DNA from: Candidatus Bathyarchaeota archaeon
GTDB taxonomy: Archaea > Thermoproteota > Bathyarchaeia > Bathyarchaeales > Bathycorpusculaceae
Length of the DNA: 64,000 nucleotides
Assembly (NCBI GenBank): GCA_963767735.1
Contig: CAVYES010000002.1
Coordinates: 96,001 to 160,000 of the forward strand
Reading direction: 5' to 3'
Shown: positions 30,908 to 40,445 of the stretch, one piece after another
Layout: each line of letters begins with the position of its first letter
How positions within the stretch are numbered: position 1 is the first letter of the stretch
The notes under the pieces: generated by a model
The model's database searches: none
Told to the model about the DNA's origin: nothing
What the model saw: the letters and a program-made list of their open reading frames with translations, nothing else
Made by a program: the position numbers and the translations under genes

Positions 30908-31702
30908 TTACCCAGAGTTCTTGGACTGCAATAATGTCTGCAGGGTTTTATGGCATTTGCTGCATTCGAACATTGAGTTCCCGCATGAAGGACAAAATAA
31001 TTCTTGCTTAAGCATTTGCTCCAAAAGCGTCAATAATTCCGCTTTATTGTTGACCGCAAGGGGGCTCTCTTGCTTTAGAGCAGGTTGCTCAGCAGTTTCG
31101 TTTTTTGTTTGCGTGTTTTCGCTTGATGCAATTTCTTGGTAAACTTTGGCAATGCTTGCCTTTCCTTCACGTAGCCTCTGCTTATCGTCTTCACTTGCTT
31201 TTTCCAGTATTTTTTTTCCTCTTTCAAAGGTTCGGGTTGAAACGCCTGCTTTCTTGGCTACTATTTCTGTTGCTTTAGCTTTAAACTCGTGCTCCGCGTC
31301 ATCTGGCGCTAACCCTAACTGCTGGTTTCGCCCGTTTTTGCCTCCCTTAGATTGCCTTTTCTTTGCGAGCGCTTTTTCAATCTCAAGCAACGGCACTGCT
31401 AACTCTACGAGTTGAAAATTGTTCAGGTGACGACGCCTAAGATTTGCTTCTATCACGAATTTTTTTTCTAAGAGTTTATCTTCAAACTTGCGCACTTCAA
31501 AATCTGGTTCAATGCCAAGTTCGGTGCATGCGCGGTACCTGTGGTGTCCATCTAAAACTTCCAGGTCCTCGTTTACTATTATCGGGTAATGCTGTCCTTC
31601 AGCTTGTATTGATGCTTTGAGCTCCGAGAATTCTTCCTCTGACATTTTGGGCAGCAGTTTTTCGTATTCAGGGTTTAATCGTAAGCTCATGTGCATCGCC
31701 AT
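30908..31702 (-). CDS. ParB/Srx N-terminal-domain protein with HTH-like region and C-terminal Zn finger
   Basis: ELKASIQAEGQHYPIIV...LDGHHRYRAC...EANLRRRHL; CPSC-x6-CSKC. Confidence 0.85.
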   Translation of the reverse strand: MAMHMSLRLNPEYEKLLPKMSEEEFSELKASIQAEGQHYPIIVNEDLEVLDGHHRYRACTELGIEPDFEVRKFEDKLLEKKFVIEANLRRRHLNNFQLVELAVPLLEIEKALAKKRQSKGGKNGRNQQLGLAPDDAEHEFKAKATEIVAKKAGVSTRTFERGKKILEKASEDDKQRLREGKASIAKVYQEIASSENTQTKNETAEQPALKQESPLAVNNKAELLTLLEQMLKQELFCPSCGNSMFECSKCHKTLQTLLQSKNSG

Positions 31703-31973
31703 TGTTTGAGCTATCTTTTGGTTGAATTATTATATAAGGTGAAGGGTTAAGCCTGCGGCAGGCGGGGGAGGCTACTTTTGGCTGATGAAAATAGGTCTAA
31801 AAAGAGGACGGATAGGTACGGGGCATGTAGCCGAAATACGATAATTTTATTAAATAGCATCGCCTAAATTGTATCAAACTAATAATATATTAAAAATCTC
31901 ATCATTGCGAGAAACACTCGCTTTAATGTGATTTACATAATCAAATAAATTTACAAATAGGAAGTGCATATTT

Positions 31974-33140
31974 ACGGGAACATCCCAAACATTTACGATA
32001 AAGTACGTTATACATGCGAAATTTGAAATTGAAGGTGTAGTTGAAAAACCTGATGTGATAGGCGCTGTTTTTGGTCAAACAGAAGGGCTTTTTGGACCTG
32101 AACTTGACTTAAGAGAACTGCAGAAAACAGGCCGCATCGGCAGAATAGAAATAGAGTTGCATTCAAAAAATGATAAAACCACTGGTTTTATAACGATTCC
32201 AACCAGCCTAGATCGGGTTTCAACAGCGCTGATTGCCGCAAGCATAGAGAGCATTAACCGTGTCGGTCCATGTTCAGCCAAAGTTTGCTTAGAAAAAATT
32301 GAAGACATTCGGGAAGCACGCAGGAAAATAATCATCGATCGAGCAAAAGAAATCCTGCATAAATGGACTATTGAGTCGATGCCAAGCGTGGATGAAGTTT
32401 ATAAAGAAATCTCTGAGACAATGAAAATCGGCAAAGTCGAAAAGTACGGTCCAGAAGACTTGCCCGCTGGTCCTGGATTAGACAGCGCAAAAGAAATCAT
32501 CGTTGTTGAAGGACGCGCTGACATAATCAATCTGATGCGTTGCGGAATTTTCAACACCGTCGCTCTTGAAGGCGCCAAAGTTCCTGAGTCAATAAAGAAG
32601 CTAACTAAAGAAAAAACAGCCACAGCCTTGCTGGATGGCGACCGAGGCGGCGATCTAATACTAAAAGAGTTACAACAGGTAACAAATGTCAAGTTTGTCG
32701 GCCGCGCTCCAAGAGGCAAAGAAATCGAGGAATGCAACTGCAAAGAAATCGCCGAAGCCATAGAAAATAAGCTTCCAATAGCTGAAGCCTCTGGCAAACC
32801 GCCTTCTAAAAAGCCTGAGCCGCCGCAGCGCATCAAAGTCGAAGTTCCAGAACCCGTCAGCAATGCAGCAAAAGCTTTGCTTGGCACCCTTGAAGCAGTC
32901 TTGCTAAATGACAAGTTCGAGTTGATTGAGCGTTTGCCCGTAAGCCAATTAGCAGAAAAGCTCCAGCAAGTAACCGGCGTTGACACAGTGGTTTTCGATG
33001 GAATCATAACGCAGAGAATAGTTGATATCGCAGGCGATAAAAACATTAGACGCATAGTTGCTTCGAGAGTTTCAGAAGCGGTAAAGCCAGCCCTAAACGT
33101 TGAATTAGTAACATTCCAAGACGCAATCCCTCAAGCTTAA
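31974..33140 (+). CDS. dnaG: Archaeal DnaG (TOPRIM; exosome-associated primase-like protein)
   Basis: KYVIHAKFEIEGVVEKPDVIGAVFGQTEGL, IVVEGRAD, DGDRGG; the frame stays open upstream of the ORF-track start to an ACG at 31974. Confidence 0.92.
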   Translation, partial: TGTSQTFTIKYVIHAKFEIEGVVEKPDVIGAVFGQTEGLFGPELDLRELQKTGRIGRIEIELHSKNDKTTGFITIPTSLDRVSTALIAASIESINRVGPCSAKVCLEKIEDIREARRKIIIDRAKEILHKWTIESMPSVDEVYKEISETMKIGKVEKYGPEDLPAGPGLDSAKEIIVVEGRADIINLMRCGIFNTVALEGAKVPESIKKLTKEKTATALLDGDRGGDLILKELQQVTNVKFVGRAPRGKEIEECNCKEIAEAIENKLPIAEASGKPPSKKPEPPQRIKVEVPEPVSNAAKALLGTLEAVLLNDKFELIERLPVSQLAEKLQQVTGVDTVVFDGIITQRIVDIAGDKNIRRIVASRVSEAVKPALNVELVTFQDAIPQA

Positions 33141-35521
33141 AGATAATCGGTAAGGCTTCTGCTTTCTTCACTTTCTTTCTTTTCACTTGTCAGTTCTTTT
33201 TCTGTTACACCGAAAAAGCCCAGTATTCTCGCCGCTGCAGGAACCACCTGATTACTCACATAGTAGTCAACGTCTACTTCATCGTACTTGGCAAAAATGT
33301 AGGGTTTCACACGGCTGTAAAATCGCCCTTTACCTGAAAGTATGACGAAGCCTACTTTGTCGCCGCCTGTTAGCCGCCAGCCCTTTTCTTTGAGCATTTT
33401 TGCCGCTTCCACATGCGGAGTCCTAATCGCGTACTGCTCCGGTGGTTTTGTCAGTGTTTTCCAAATTATTAGGTCGTGTAACGGAACTTTCCTCTGCCTT
33501 AATTCTGCTATTACAGTGCGCACGTAGTCAACTGCCTTCACAGGGGACTGCTGTTTCAAAATTATTTCTAGCACGTGTTCCTGCACTTTTTTAGCGACTT
33601 CCGCCCAATCTCCACGCATCACTTCTAACCCAACTATGTCTAATGTGCCGTCAAGCCTAAGTCCAGCATACCGTTTTTTGGCTTCAGTAAAGAAGATGCG
33701 TTTATAGACTTCGCTGATTTCCACTTCTAAGCCCAACTTCTCTTTAATTTCAGCTTTAAGCCCAAGAAGCTTCTTTTCGTCGTTGGTTAAGAAGAGACTG
33801 TCAGTGTCACCGTAAATGACCGCTAAGCTTTTGTCTTCGACTAATCGGGTAGCACTTAAAATGGTATGTCTGCCCCAAGCGGAAGCTGCTTCAGCTACTG
33901 GTTTAAGGTACCATCTTGCGCCGACCCAGCCAGCGTAGCCATAGGCAGCATTTGTTATGATTTTAACCGCTTTTTGCCTCGCATCCAAGATGCTGTATTC
34001 AACCGAGCTGTGGCTTAAAGTCTTCATCTCTAAGCGTATTTTCCCTCTTACTCCTATCAGGTAGGTTAATGCTTCCTTGTAGAATCCGGGCGGTGCTTTG
34101 CGGAATCGATGCTTAACTTCAGGGGCTTCGTAAACTCCAGCTGGCGGTACAGACTCATCAGGTGCAACGTAGGTGTCAGGCGAGAGGTTGTATCGTATCA
34201 TGATGTTAGGGTACATTGATTTGAAATCTAAAACAGCTATGTCACTGTGCAATCCAGGTTTTGGTTTAAGCACCAATCCCCCGGCGTAAGGCCGATAGGG
34301 CTGCTCTACCCGTCTGGGTATGAGTTCACTGAGTTTGCGTGTTTGCTTAATTAGAAACCACTCTACCCTAAAGCCTACTGCGGCGGTCATAACATGGTCC
34401 AGTGGCAAGCTAACTAGGCTTGAAAGTTGCATGGCGAAATCCAACAGCAACGCTGCTGAGCTTTGGATTTTGCGTGCGTTGTTTAGGCTGAATTCTTCAA
34501 GCGCTTTCCTCTTCTGTGGGTGTTCCCAATAATCGGCGAATTCAACATCCTCAATTTCGTTGCCCGATGCGATTTTCATTATCCCCAAATATTGGGCTAA
34601 GTTGGAAAGGGTCTTAACCTTAACTTCTGGAAAAACATCCATAAAATCGGCAAGGTCCACATTAGCCACGCCAGTAAACGAAACGTGACCATAAATGCTG
34701 GTATGCGGCTCCTTTCTCGCACGGTCAACATCAAACGTTCTTCCAAGCCTGCGGCTTCGCTTTATCAAGTAATCCCAGTCTCGGGTGTTAGCCCCGAAAC
34801 TAACGATTATATCAGGGTCACACTGGCAAATGTACTCAACGAACTGTTGAAGGATGGGCTTATCATTTTTGTCGTCGGCTGCCACAAACTGCTTTTCTTG
34901 GCCGTTGCTGGCAACAGCGGATATTATTACCACGGGATTTCTGTCTGGTTTAGGTGAGCCTTCCCGGCTGTAACTTATCATTGAGAAACTAAGCGTTTTT
35001 AGCTTCGGCTTGTCAAAGCGGTCGAGCTGTCTTGGAATAGAATTTGCCAAATAAACCTTGTCAACTCTTACACCTGACTTGTTTTCTTCCTCTGCCGCCT
35101 CCACTTCATGCCATGCACATGGGGCTAAATCATTGTCGATTAGGTACCGCATGGCGACGCGAATATCGTCTTCGAGGCAGTCTTTTACCCCTTCGAGCCC
35201 TCGAAGCTCTTTGGCAAGCCTCCCCATTTCGGTTGCGCCTTTACAGTAGACCTTTATTGCTTGCACGGGCTTGCCGAAGAACCTGCACTCAACGGCTTCC
35301 GCCTTCAATATTGATGAGGGATAAGCGTTCATGATTTCCGCTGCAATTTTCGGCGTGCTAAATCCTTCTTTGACCACAGCGTAAAAGTATGCAGTAACGT
35401 TTCTATTAATAATTAGCACTCGGTTTTCTTTTGCATCAATCCCCCAAAGCCACAACTCACACGAGTCACATGTTTTATCTATTTTGGGGTTAATGTCTAG
35501 GAGCCAAAAAGTAACTTTCAC
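33137..35521 (-). CDS. polB: Family B DNA polymerase (PolB3-like) with degenerate exonuclease motifs
   Basis: DFKSMYP, KIITNAAYG, YGDTDS and KKRY intact. Confidence 0.95.
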   Translation of the reverse strand: MKVTFWLLDINPKIDKTCDSCELWLWGIDAKENRVLIINRNVTAYFYAVVKEGFSTPKIAAEIMNAYPSSILKAEAVECRFFGKPVQAIKVYCKGATEMGRLAKELRGLEGVKDCLEDDIRVAMRYLIDNDLAPCAWHEVEAAEEENKSGVRVDKVYLANSIPRQLDRFDKPKLKTLSFSMISYSREGSPKPDRNPVVIISAVASNGQEKQFVAADDKNDKPILQQFVEYICQCDPDIIVSFGANTRDWDYLIKRSRRLGRTFDVDRARKEPHTSIYGHVSFTGVANVDLADFMDVFPEVKVKTLSNLAQYLGIMKIASGNEIEDVEFADYWEHPQKRKALEEFSLNNARKIQSSAALLLDFAMQLSSLVSLPLDHVMTAAVGFRVEWFLIKQTRKLSELIPRRVEQPYRPYAGGLVLKPKPGLHSDIAVLDFKSMYPNIMIRYNLSPDTYVAPDESVPPAGVYEAPEVKHRFRKAPPGFYKEALTYLIGVRGKIRLEMKTLSHSSVEYSILDARQKAVKIITNAAYGYAGWVGARWYLKPVAEAASAWGRHTILSATRLVEDKSLAVIYGDTDSLFLTNDEKKLLGLKAEIKEKLGLEVEISEVYKRIFFTEAKKRYAGLRLDGTLDIVGLEVMRGDWAEVAKKVQEHVLEIILKQQSPVKAVDYVRTVIAELRQRKVPLHDLIIWKTLTKPPEQYAIRTPHVEAAKMLKEKGWRLTGGDKVGFVILSGKGRFYSRVKPYIFAKYDEVDVDYYVSNQVVPAAARILGFFGVTEKELTSEKKESEESRSLTDYL

Positions 35522-35714
35522 TGGAAATCGCCAATTAAAGCATAAGACAAATTTGCCTTTAAACCTTTAATTGGCAAACAGTTTTGATTCATCAGCGTAA
35601 AATCCCTTTTTTCTTTTGAGCTGTCTAACATGATTGATGCCGACCGGGTTAAGCGTCTGCATCTTTTTTCAGCTAAGATCACTGGACAAAAAGGGTGTGC
35701 CCATCAACGCTACT

Positions 35715-35753
35715 TTCAATTTTGCTAGAGAAATTCATTTGCTAAATTGATAC
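35715..35753 (+). repeat. 39-bp quasi-palindromic dispersed element, copy 3
   Basis: TTCAATTTTGCTA-GAGAAATTCAT-TTGCTAAATTGATAC. Confidence 0.9.
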
Positions 35754-35822
35754 CCCGTCCCGCCTTTCTTTCTGGAAGAGTTAGTTTTAAGTTTCTCGCT
35801 GTGACAGTATTTTTGATGTTTT

Positions 35823-36750
35823 ATGGGTTCTCAAGAAGTTCTAATCGAGGCGCAACAGTTAACAAAGAAATTTGACGATTTCACAGCGGTAGATCACATA
35901 GATTTTAAAGTGTACAGAGGCGAATGTGTAGGTTTCTTGGGACCCAACGGTGCAGGCAAAACCACCACTGTCCGCATGGTGTACTGTTTTCTGCCTCCAA
36001 CGTCTGGTGAATTAAAAGTTGCGGGATTCAGCGTCAACACACAATGTCAGGCAAATAAAAAACCTGGTTGGAGTGGCACCTCAAGAGGACAATTTAGACC
36101 CGGACTTCACCGTCATAAAAAACCTCACGGTCTACTGTCGCTATTTTGACATCCCAAAAGATGAAGCGATAAAAAGAGCAGATGAACAGCTAAAGTTTTT
36201 TCAACTTGAGGAAAAAAAGAATGCGCCTATAGATGCCCTGTCAGGAGGCATGAAGCGCCGCCTAATTTTTGCGAGGGCACTGATAAATCAGCCTCAAATT
36301 CTTCTTTTAGATGAACCTACCACGGGGTTGGATCCTCAAGCGCGGCATTTAGCTTGGGATGAAGTGCGTAATTTGAAGAAGAAGCAGGTTACCATCATTT
36401 TGACGACACATTATATGGATGAAGCCGCTGTTCTATGTGACAGAATACTAATTATTGATAGAGGAAAAATTATCGAGGAAGGCAGCCCAGCTGAACTGGT
36501 AAAGAAGCATGCGGGCGAAGAAGTTTTGGAACTTGATTATGATGAGAAGCTTCTGCCAACTTTAAAGGAGGCTTTTCCTGATGCTGAATTTGAAAGGTTA
36601 GGTGATCGGCTGCAAATTTTCACTGATAAGCCCCATGGGGTTTTTGAAGGCTTCCTAAAAGACCACCCGATGCAGAACGTAACTATCCGTACCGCTAACC
36701 TTGAAGATGTTTTCCTTAAACTAACTGGAAGAGGACTAAGAGAGGAATGA
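35823..36750 (+). pseudogene. ABC-2 ATPase (NodI-like) with one frameshift near 36045
   Basis: Walker A GPNGAGKTT in ORF 35823; Q-loop, LSGGMKRR and LLLDEPTTGLD in ORF 36019. Confidence 0.85.
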
Positions 36751-37574
36751 GCAGCCCTAACCTTCGCAAGTCACCGGCACGTTTCACCATGCCAAAATTA
36801 ACCTACAGAGTTTGGAAGGTTTGGCGACGAAACTTTGACGTATTCACAAAAACTATAAAGGTTAATTTTTTGCCGTCCCTTCTTGAGCCTATCTTGTACT
36901 TGTTGGCTTTTGGGTTTGGCCTAGGAGGTTTAATCCCAAGTGTTCAAGGCCAACCATACATCGACTTTTTAGCTCCTGCATTGGTAGCGATTGCAATTAT
37001 GAACGGCGCATTTTTTGAGTGCACGTTTGCCTCTTTCGTGCGGATGTACTTCCAAAAAACCTTTGACGCAATCGTAGCCACGCCTGTTAGTGTTGAAGAA
37101 GTAGTTGCGGGAGAACTTCTTTGGGGCGCAACTCGCTCCACAATAAACGCGACAATCGTGTTGGCTGTGATTGCAACTTTCGGCTTAATTAAGAGCCCCC
37201 TGTTTCTGCTGGTTGTGCCGCTCGCGTTCTTCGGCGGATTAATGTTTGGCTCTATCGCAATGTGTTTTACAGCTATAGCACCCAACATTGACTTTTTCAA
37301 TTTTCCCTCGTTTCTGTTTCTGACGCCAATGTTTTTTCTAAGCGGCACATTTTTCCCGTTGACATCTGTGCCACTTCAAATCGCAGCTATGGCTGTTTTG
37401 CCCTTAACCCACATAGTTAACTTAACTCGAGCAGTTGTCACAACTCATGTTACACCAATTCTAGGATTAAGCACAGGAATTCTACTGATCATTAGCATGG
37501 CATGGATAATAGCTGTTGGAATATTCTTCTTTATAGTCAGCATTAACCTTATGAAAAAGCGGTTAACAGCATAA
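36747..37574 (+). CDS. ABC-2 permease (NodJ-like)
   Basis: LLEPILYLLAFGFGLG, FVRMYFQKTFDAIVATP, PMFFLSGTFFP. Confidence 0.9.
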   Translation: MSSPNLRKSPARFTMPKLTYRVWKVWRRNFDVFTKTIKVNFLPSLLEPILYLLAFGFGLGGLIPSVQGQPYIDFLAPALVAIAIMNGAFFECTFASFVRMYFQKTFDAIVATPVSVEEVVAGELLWGATRSTINATIVLAVIATFGLIKSPLFLLVVPLAFFGGLMFGSIAMCFTAIAPNIDFFNFPSFLFLTPMFFLSGTFFPLTSVPLQIAAMAVLPLTHIVNLTRAVVTTHVTPILGLSTGILLIISMAWIIAVGIFFFIVSINLMKKRLTA

Positions 37575-37599
37575 CTCACGTTAAATGAGTTAGGAGCGT

Positions 37600-37725
37600 T
37601 TTAGTTTTTCTTTTTGTCGCTTTTTTTGGAGCAAATAGCAGGTATGCCTATGGTGAGCGAGTTTCTTAGTTAGGGCTTATTTTGGGCTGTTTTTTTGGTA
37701 TTGAGCTTAATTTGAGGTTTAGCTC
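37600..37725 (-). repeat. More degenerate third copy of the convergent-gene intergenic repeat
   Basis: Reverse complement AAAATAAGCCCTAACTAAGAAACTCGCTCACCATAGGCATACC...CAAAAAAAGCGACAAAA aligns by eye with the 22980-23080 copy. Confidence 0.45.
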
Positions 37726-37785
37726 GGGGCAGTGGAACATAGGCGCGTGCAATTAATGAAATTGCCCACTTTTTGTTTTGAAGAA

Positions 37786-38556
37786 TCATTTTTCAAAATC
37801 CATTTGGGGCAGATTGAATTGTCTTTCAATATCATGGGTAAACCCGGCGACGATGGTTACAAGAAGGACAAATGAGGCAAAGCCGAGAATGATCCAGTCA
37901 ATCATTTGAAGCTGGTTCAGGTTGCTTACGCCGGGCAAAAACCCATAAATTGCGATTTCAAGGGCAAGTAAAAACATAAACGAAGCTGCAATTAGAAACA
38001 ACAACCAAGTTTTGGCAATTGCCCTGCGAATGTCCACTGAGATATGTGCCTTCCACCATCTGAGAGGTTTGTTGATGCGGGTTGCAACAGCCCAAGTTAA
38101 AATGATAAAGGGTACTTGAGCGACGCCTCCGCCAACCAAAAAAAGGATTGTTCCGACAAGAAGAAAAATTGAGCTGCCTCTTTTAGCATCGATAAAACGG
38201 GCAGACCAAACAGCCAGTAGTAATCCGGCGATAATCACGAGGATGCCCGTTATTAAGAAGTTGGGAATTAACGTAAATGCTCCTTCACCACCGTTGGTCC
38301 ATCTGGTATAGCTGCTCCCTTTGCCAACGGCGTTTATTACGAAGCCGTTTGTTTTATGATTTCCCTGCAGGGCTTCAAAAGTTCCGTGGCTGAAACCTGA
38401 AATTCCTGTTAACACGCCCATTGTTGACGCTATTGCTTTTGTAGCGTTAACGTTGCTTCGCCCTTTTTTGCGGTTTACTTTTGAGGTCAAGATCATGGAA
38501 ATCATCGTTTCTCCACTATTTAACATTTGAATCTTCCACAGTTCCCGCACAGGCAT
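37786..38556 (-). CDS. Hypothetical multi-pass membrane protein
   Basis: HGTFEALQG, EGAFTLIPNFLITG, LVGGG; about 6 TM helices; true start is probably downstream of 38556. Confidence 0.75.
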   Translation of the reverse strand: MPVRELWKIQMLNSGETMISMILTSKVNRKKGRSNVNATKAIASTMGVLTGISGFSHGTFEALQGNHKTNGFVINAVGKGSSYTRWTNGGEGAFTLIPNFLITGILVIIAGLLLAVWSARFIDAKRGSSIFLLVGTILFLVGGGVAQVPFIILTWAVATRINKPLRWWKAHISVDIRRAIAKTWLLFLIAASFMFLLALEIAIYGFLPGVSNLNQLQMIDWIILGFASFVLLVTIVAGFTHDIERQFNLPQMDFEK

Positions 38557-38575
38557 TCACAAAAACCAAAAAAAG

Positions 38576-39514
38576 CTAAAAATTACGTTTAATGTTAAGC
38601 TTAATGTCTTTAACTTCAGCAATGATAAGATAGGAAGCAGCTAACCCCCTCCATCTGCCCCACGACTCAGCGAGTCCCCGAGCCTCATCAGCGTTAATTG
38701 GTTTTCCACCGCAATAATACCTTGAAATAACCCGCCTGACGCCCAAATCATCAGCCGGCAGCGCATCCAGCTTTTGCATCCCCCTCAGCATAGTTAACTC
38801 AGCCGTCCAAACGCCAATCCCTCTAATTGCGTCAAGCTCAGAAATGATTTCCTCGGGGTTGCAGTTTTTTAGATGTTCAAGATCTAACTTGCCCTCTACT
38901 ATTAACTTGGCTGCTCCTTGGATGTACTGGGCTTTGCGCTGGCTTAATCCGCAGCTTTGAATTTCACTGATGCTTGTGTTCGCAATATTTTGATGGGTTG
39001 GATACGCGTAGAAGCTGTCGCCGTTTAGAAAGAGCGGTTCCCCAAACTTCTTGATTATCCTTTCCTCGAGGGCGTGTGCTACTTTGATGGAGATTTGTTG
39101 CTCAACAATTGAATCAATTAGGGCTTCGAAAACCGTTGGCGTAGTCGGGTTTTTAAGTCCATACAACAGTTGAGCTATTTGCTGCATTACATGGTCGTTT
39201 TTGAGGTCTCGGTAAAAAGAGCACAAATCGAAGTCCAAGTTGAAAATGAATTTGACTGTTTCTTCAGCTTTTTTCTTGTCCTGCACTGTGAGTGGATTGT
39301 TAGATTTCAACTCAACACTTATCTTCGGGTCCTCAACAGTTCCGAGGGAAGCCACTTTTAATTGGGCAAGTTTGTCATTGATGTAGACGACTTGGCTGAA
39401 TTGGCTGTTTGTGTAGTTTCGGATTTGTTTGTCGCCGCTGCAGGATATTTGAGCGGTTAAATCAAAGTTGAAAGGTGCTAAGGCTTGAACTGTAAAGGTT
39501 TCGGTGAACGTCAA
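38576..39514 (-). CDS. alkA: DNA-3-methyladenine glycosylase II (AlkA family, HhH-GPD)
   Basis: IVEQQIS, GLSQRKAQYI, IRGIGVWTA, LPADDLGVRR. Confidence 0.92.
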   Translation of the reverse strand: MTFTETFTVQALAPFNFDLTAQISCSGDKQIRNYTNSQFSQVVYINDKLAQLKVASLGTVEDPKISVELKSNNPLTVQDKKKAEETVKFIFNLDFDLCSFYRDLKNDHVMQQIAQLLYGLKNPTTPTVFEALIDSIVEQQISIKVAHALEERIIKKFGEPLFLNGDSFYAYPTHQNIANTSISEIQSCGLSQRKAQYIQGAAKLIVEGKLDLEHLKNCNPEEIISELDAIRGIGVWTAELTMLRGMQKLDALPADDLGVRRVISRYYCGGKPINADEARGLAESWGRWRGLAASYLIIAEVKDIKLNIKRNF

Positions 39515-39608
39515 CTTGTTTCATCACTGAAGCGTTCTATTATTTCCGCTTGAATATTAAAGATTTTTAACTTTAAAGTGTGTTGTAAGCGAGTGTGGAT
39601 GGTTAATT

Positions 39609-40283
39609 ATGCGTTTAGTTGTGCGGATAGGCGGCTCTGTAGTCGCGTCACCTGTTAATACTGAATTAATGAGCAAATACGCTGACCTGATCAAAACTGT
39701 GCGGTCTCAAGGTCACGAGGTTGCCGTCGTGGTTGGGGGCGGAGCATTGGCAAGAGAATTTATTCTTATCGCGAAAGATTTGGGGTTGGATATGCAGGCG
39801 CAAGATGAAGTTGCCATTTCCGTTTCACGCCTGTATGCTCAACTTTTCCTCAAACGCCTCGGCGAAGCTGGCTGCAGTAAAGTGGCTATAACTCTTGATG
39901 ACGCTGCTCAATGCCTAAGTGAAGGGAAGATTGTTGTGATGGGCGGTTTGAAGCCTGGAATTACGACGGATGCGGTTGCCGCTTTGGTTGCTGAACGGGT
40001 GAACGCGGATTTGCTTGTTAAAGGCACCGATCAAGAGGGTGTTTATGATAAAGATCCAAGGAAGCATGCGGATGCGGTTAAGTTGGATCGTTTAGGTTTT
40101 GATGATTTGCCTAAGATTTTTGAGCATAGCGAGCATAAGGCTGGGATTCATCAGATTATTGATCCTGAAGCTGTCAAGGTTTTGAAGCGGAGTCGGTTGA
40201 AGTTGATTGTTGTTAACGGTTTTAAGCCAGAGAATATTTTGGCTGCGGTGAAAGGCGAAAACGTAGGCACACTGATAAGTTAA
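39609..40283 (+). CDS. pyrH: Uridylate kinase
   Basis: IGGSV, VVVGGG, PGITTDAVA, GVYDKDP. Confidence 0.93.
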   Translation: MRLVVRIGGSVVASPVNTELMSKYADLIKTVRSQGHEVAVVVGGGALAREFILIAKDLGLDMQAQDEVAISVSRLYAQLFLKRLGEAGCSKVAITLDDAAQCLSEGKIVVMGGLKPGITTDAVAALVAERVNADLLVKGTDQEGVYDKDPRKHADAVKLDRLGFDDLPKIFEHSEHKAGIHQIIDPEAVKVLKRSRLKLIVVNGFKPENILAAVKGENVGTLIS

Positions 40284-40445
40284 ATTCATTTTTTAGTTTT
40301 TACCTTAAACACGACGACGGGATGCTGGAGAGTTAAAAAGGCTCGATACTCAGTCAGCGATACTTATCGTATAGACAAAACTTGAAGGATTACCCATAAT
40401 AATATAGGGTAATGCCTACAATTTGGTAGTAAGTGCGTACTTTCT

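Noticed and set aside
32399-33055. 218-aa antisense ORF, and similar ones at 6667, 23733, 43981 and 45486
   Set aside because: Shadow frames opposite well-conserved genes, with no recognisable motifs.
10335-35753. 39-bp repeats as a CRISPR array
   Set aside because: Copies are 5 and 20 kb apart, with no repeat-spacer periodicity and no cas genes.
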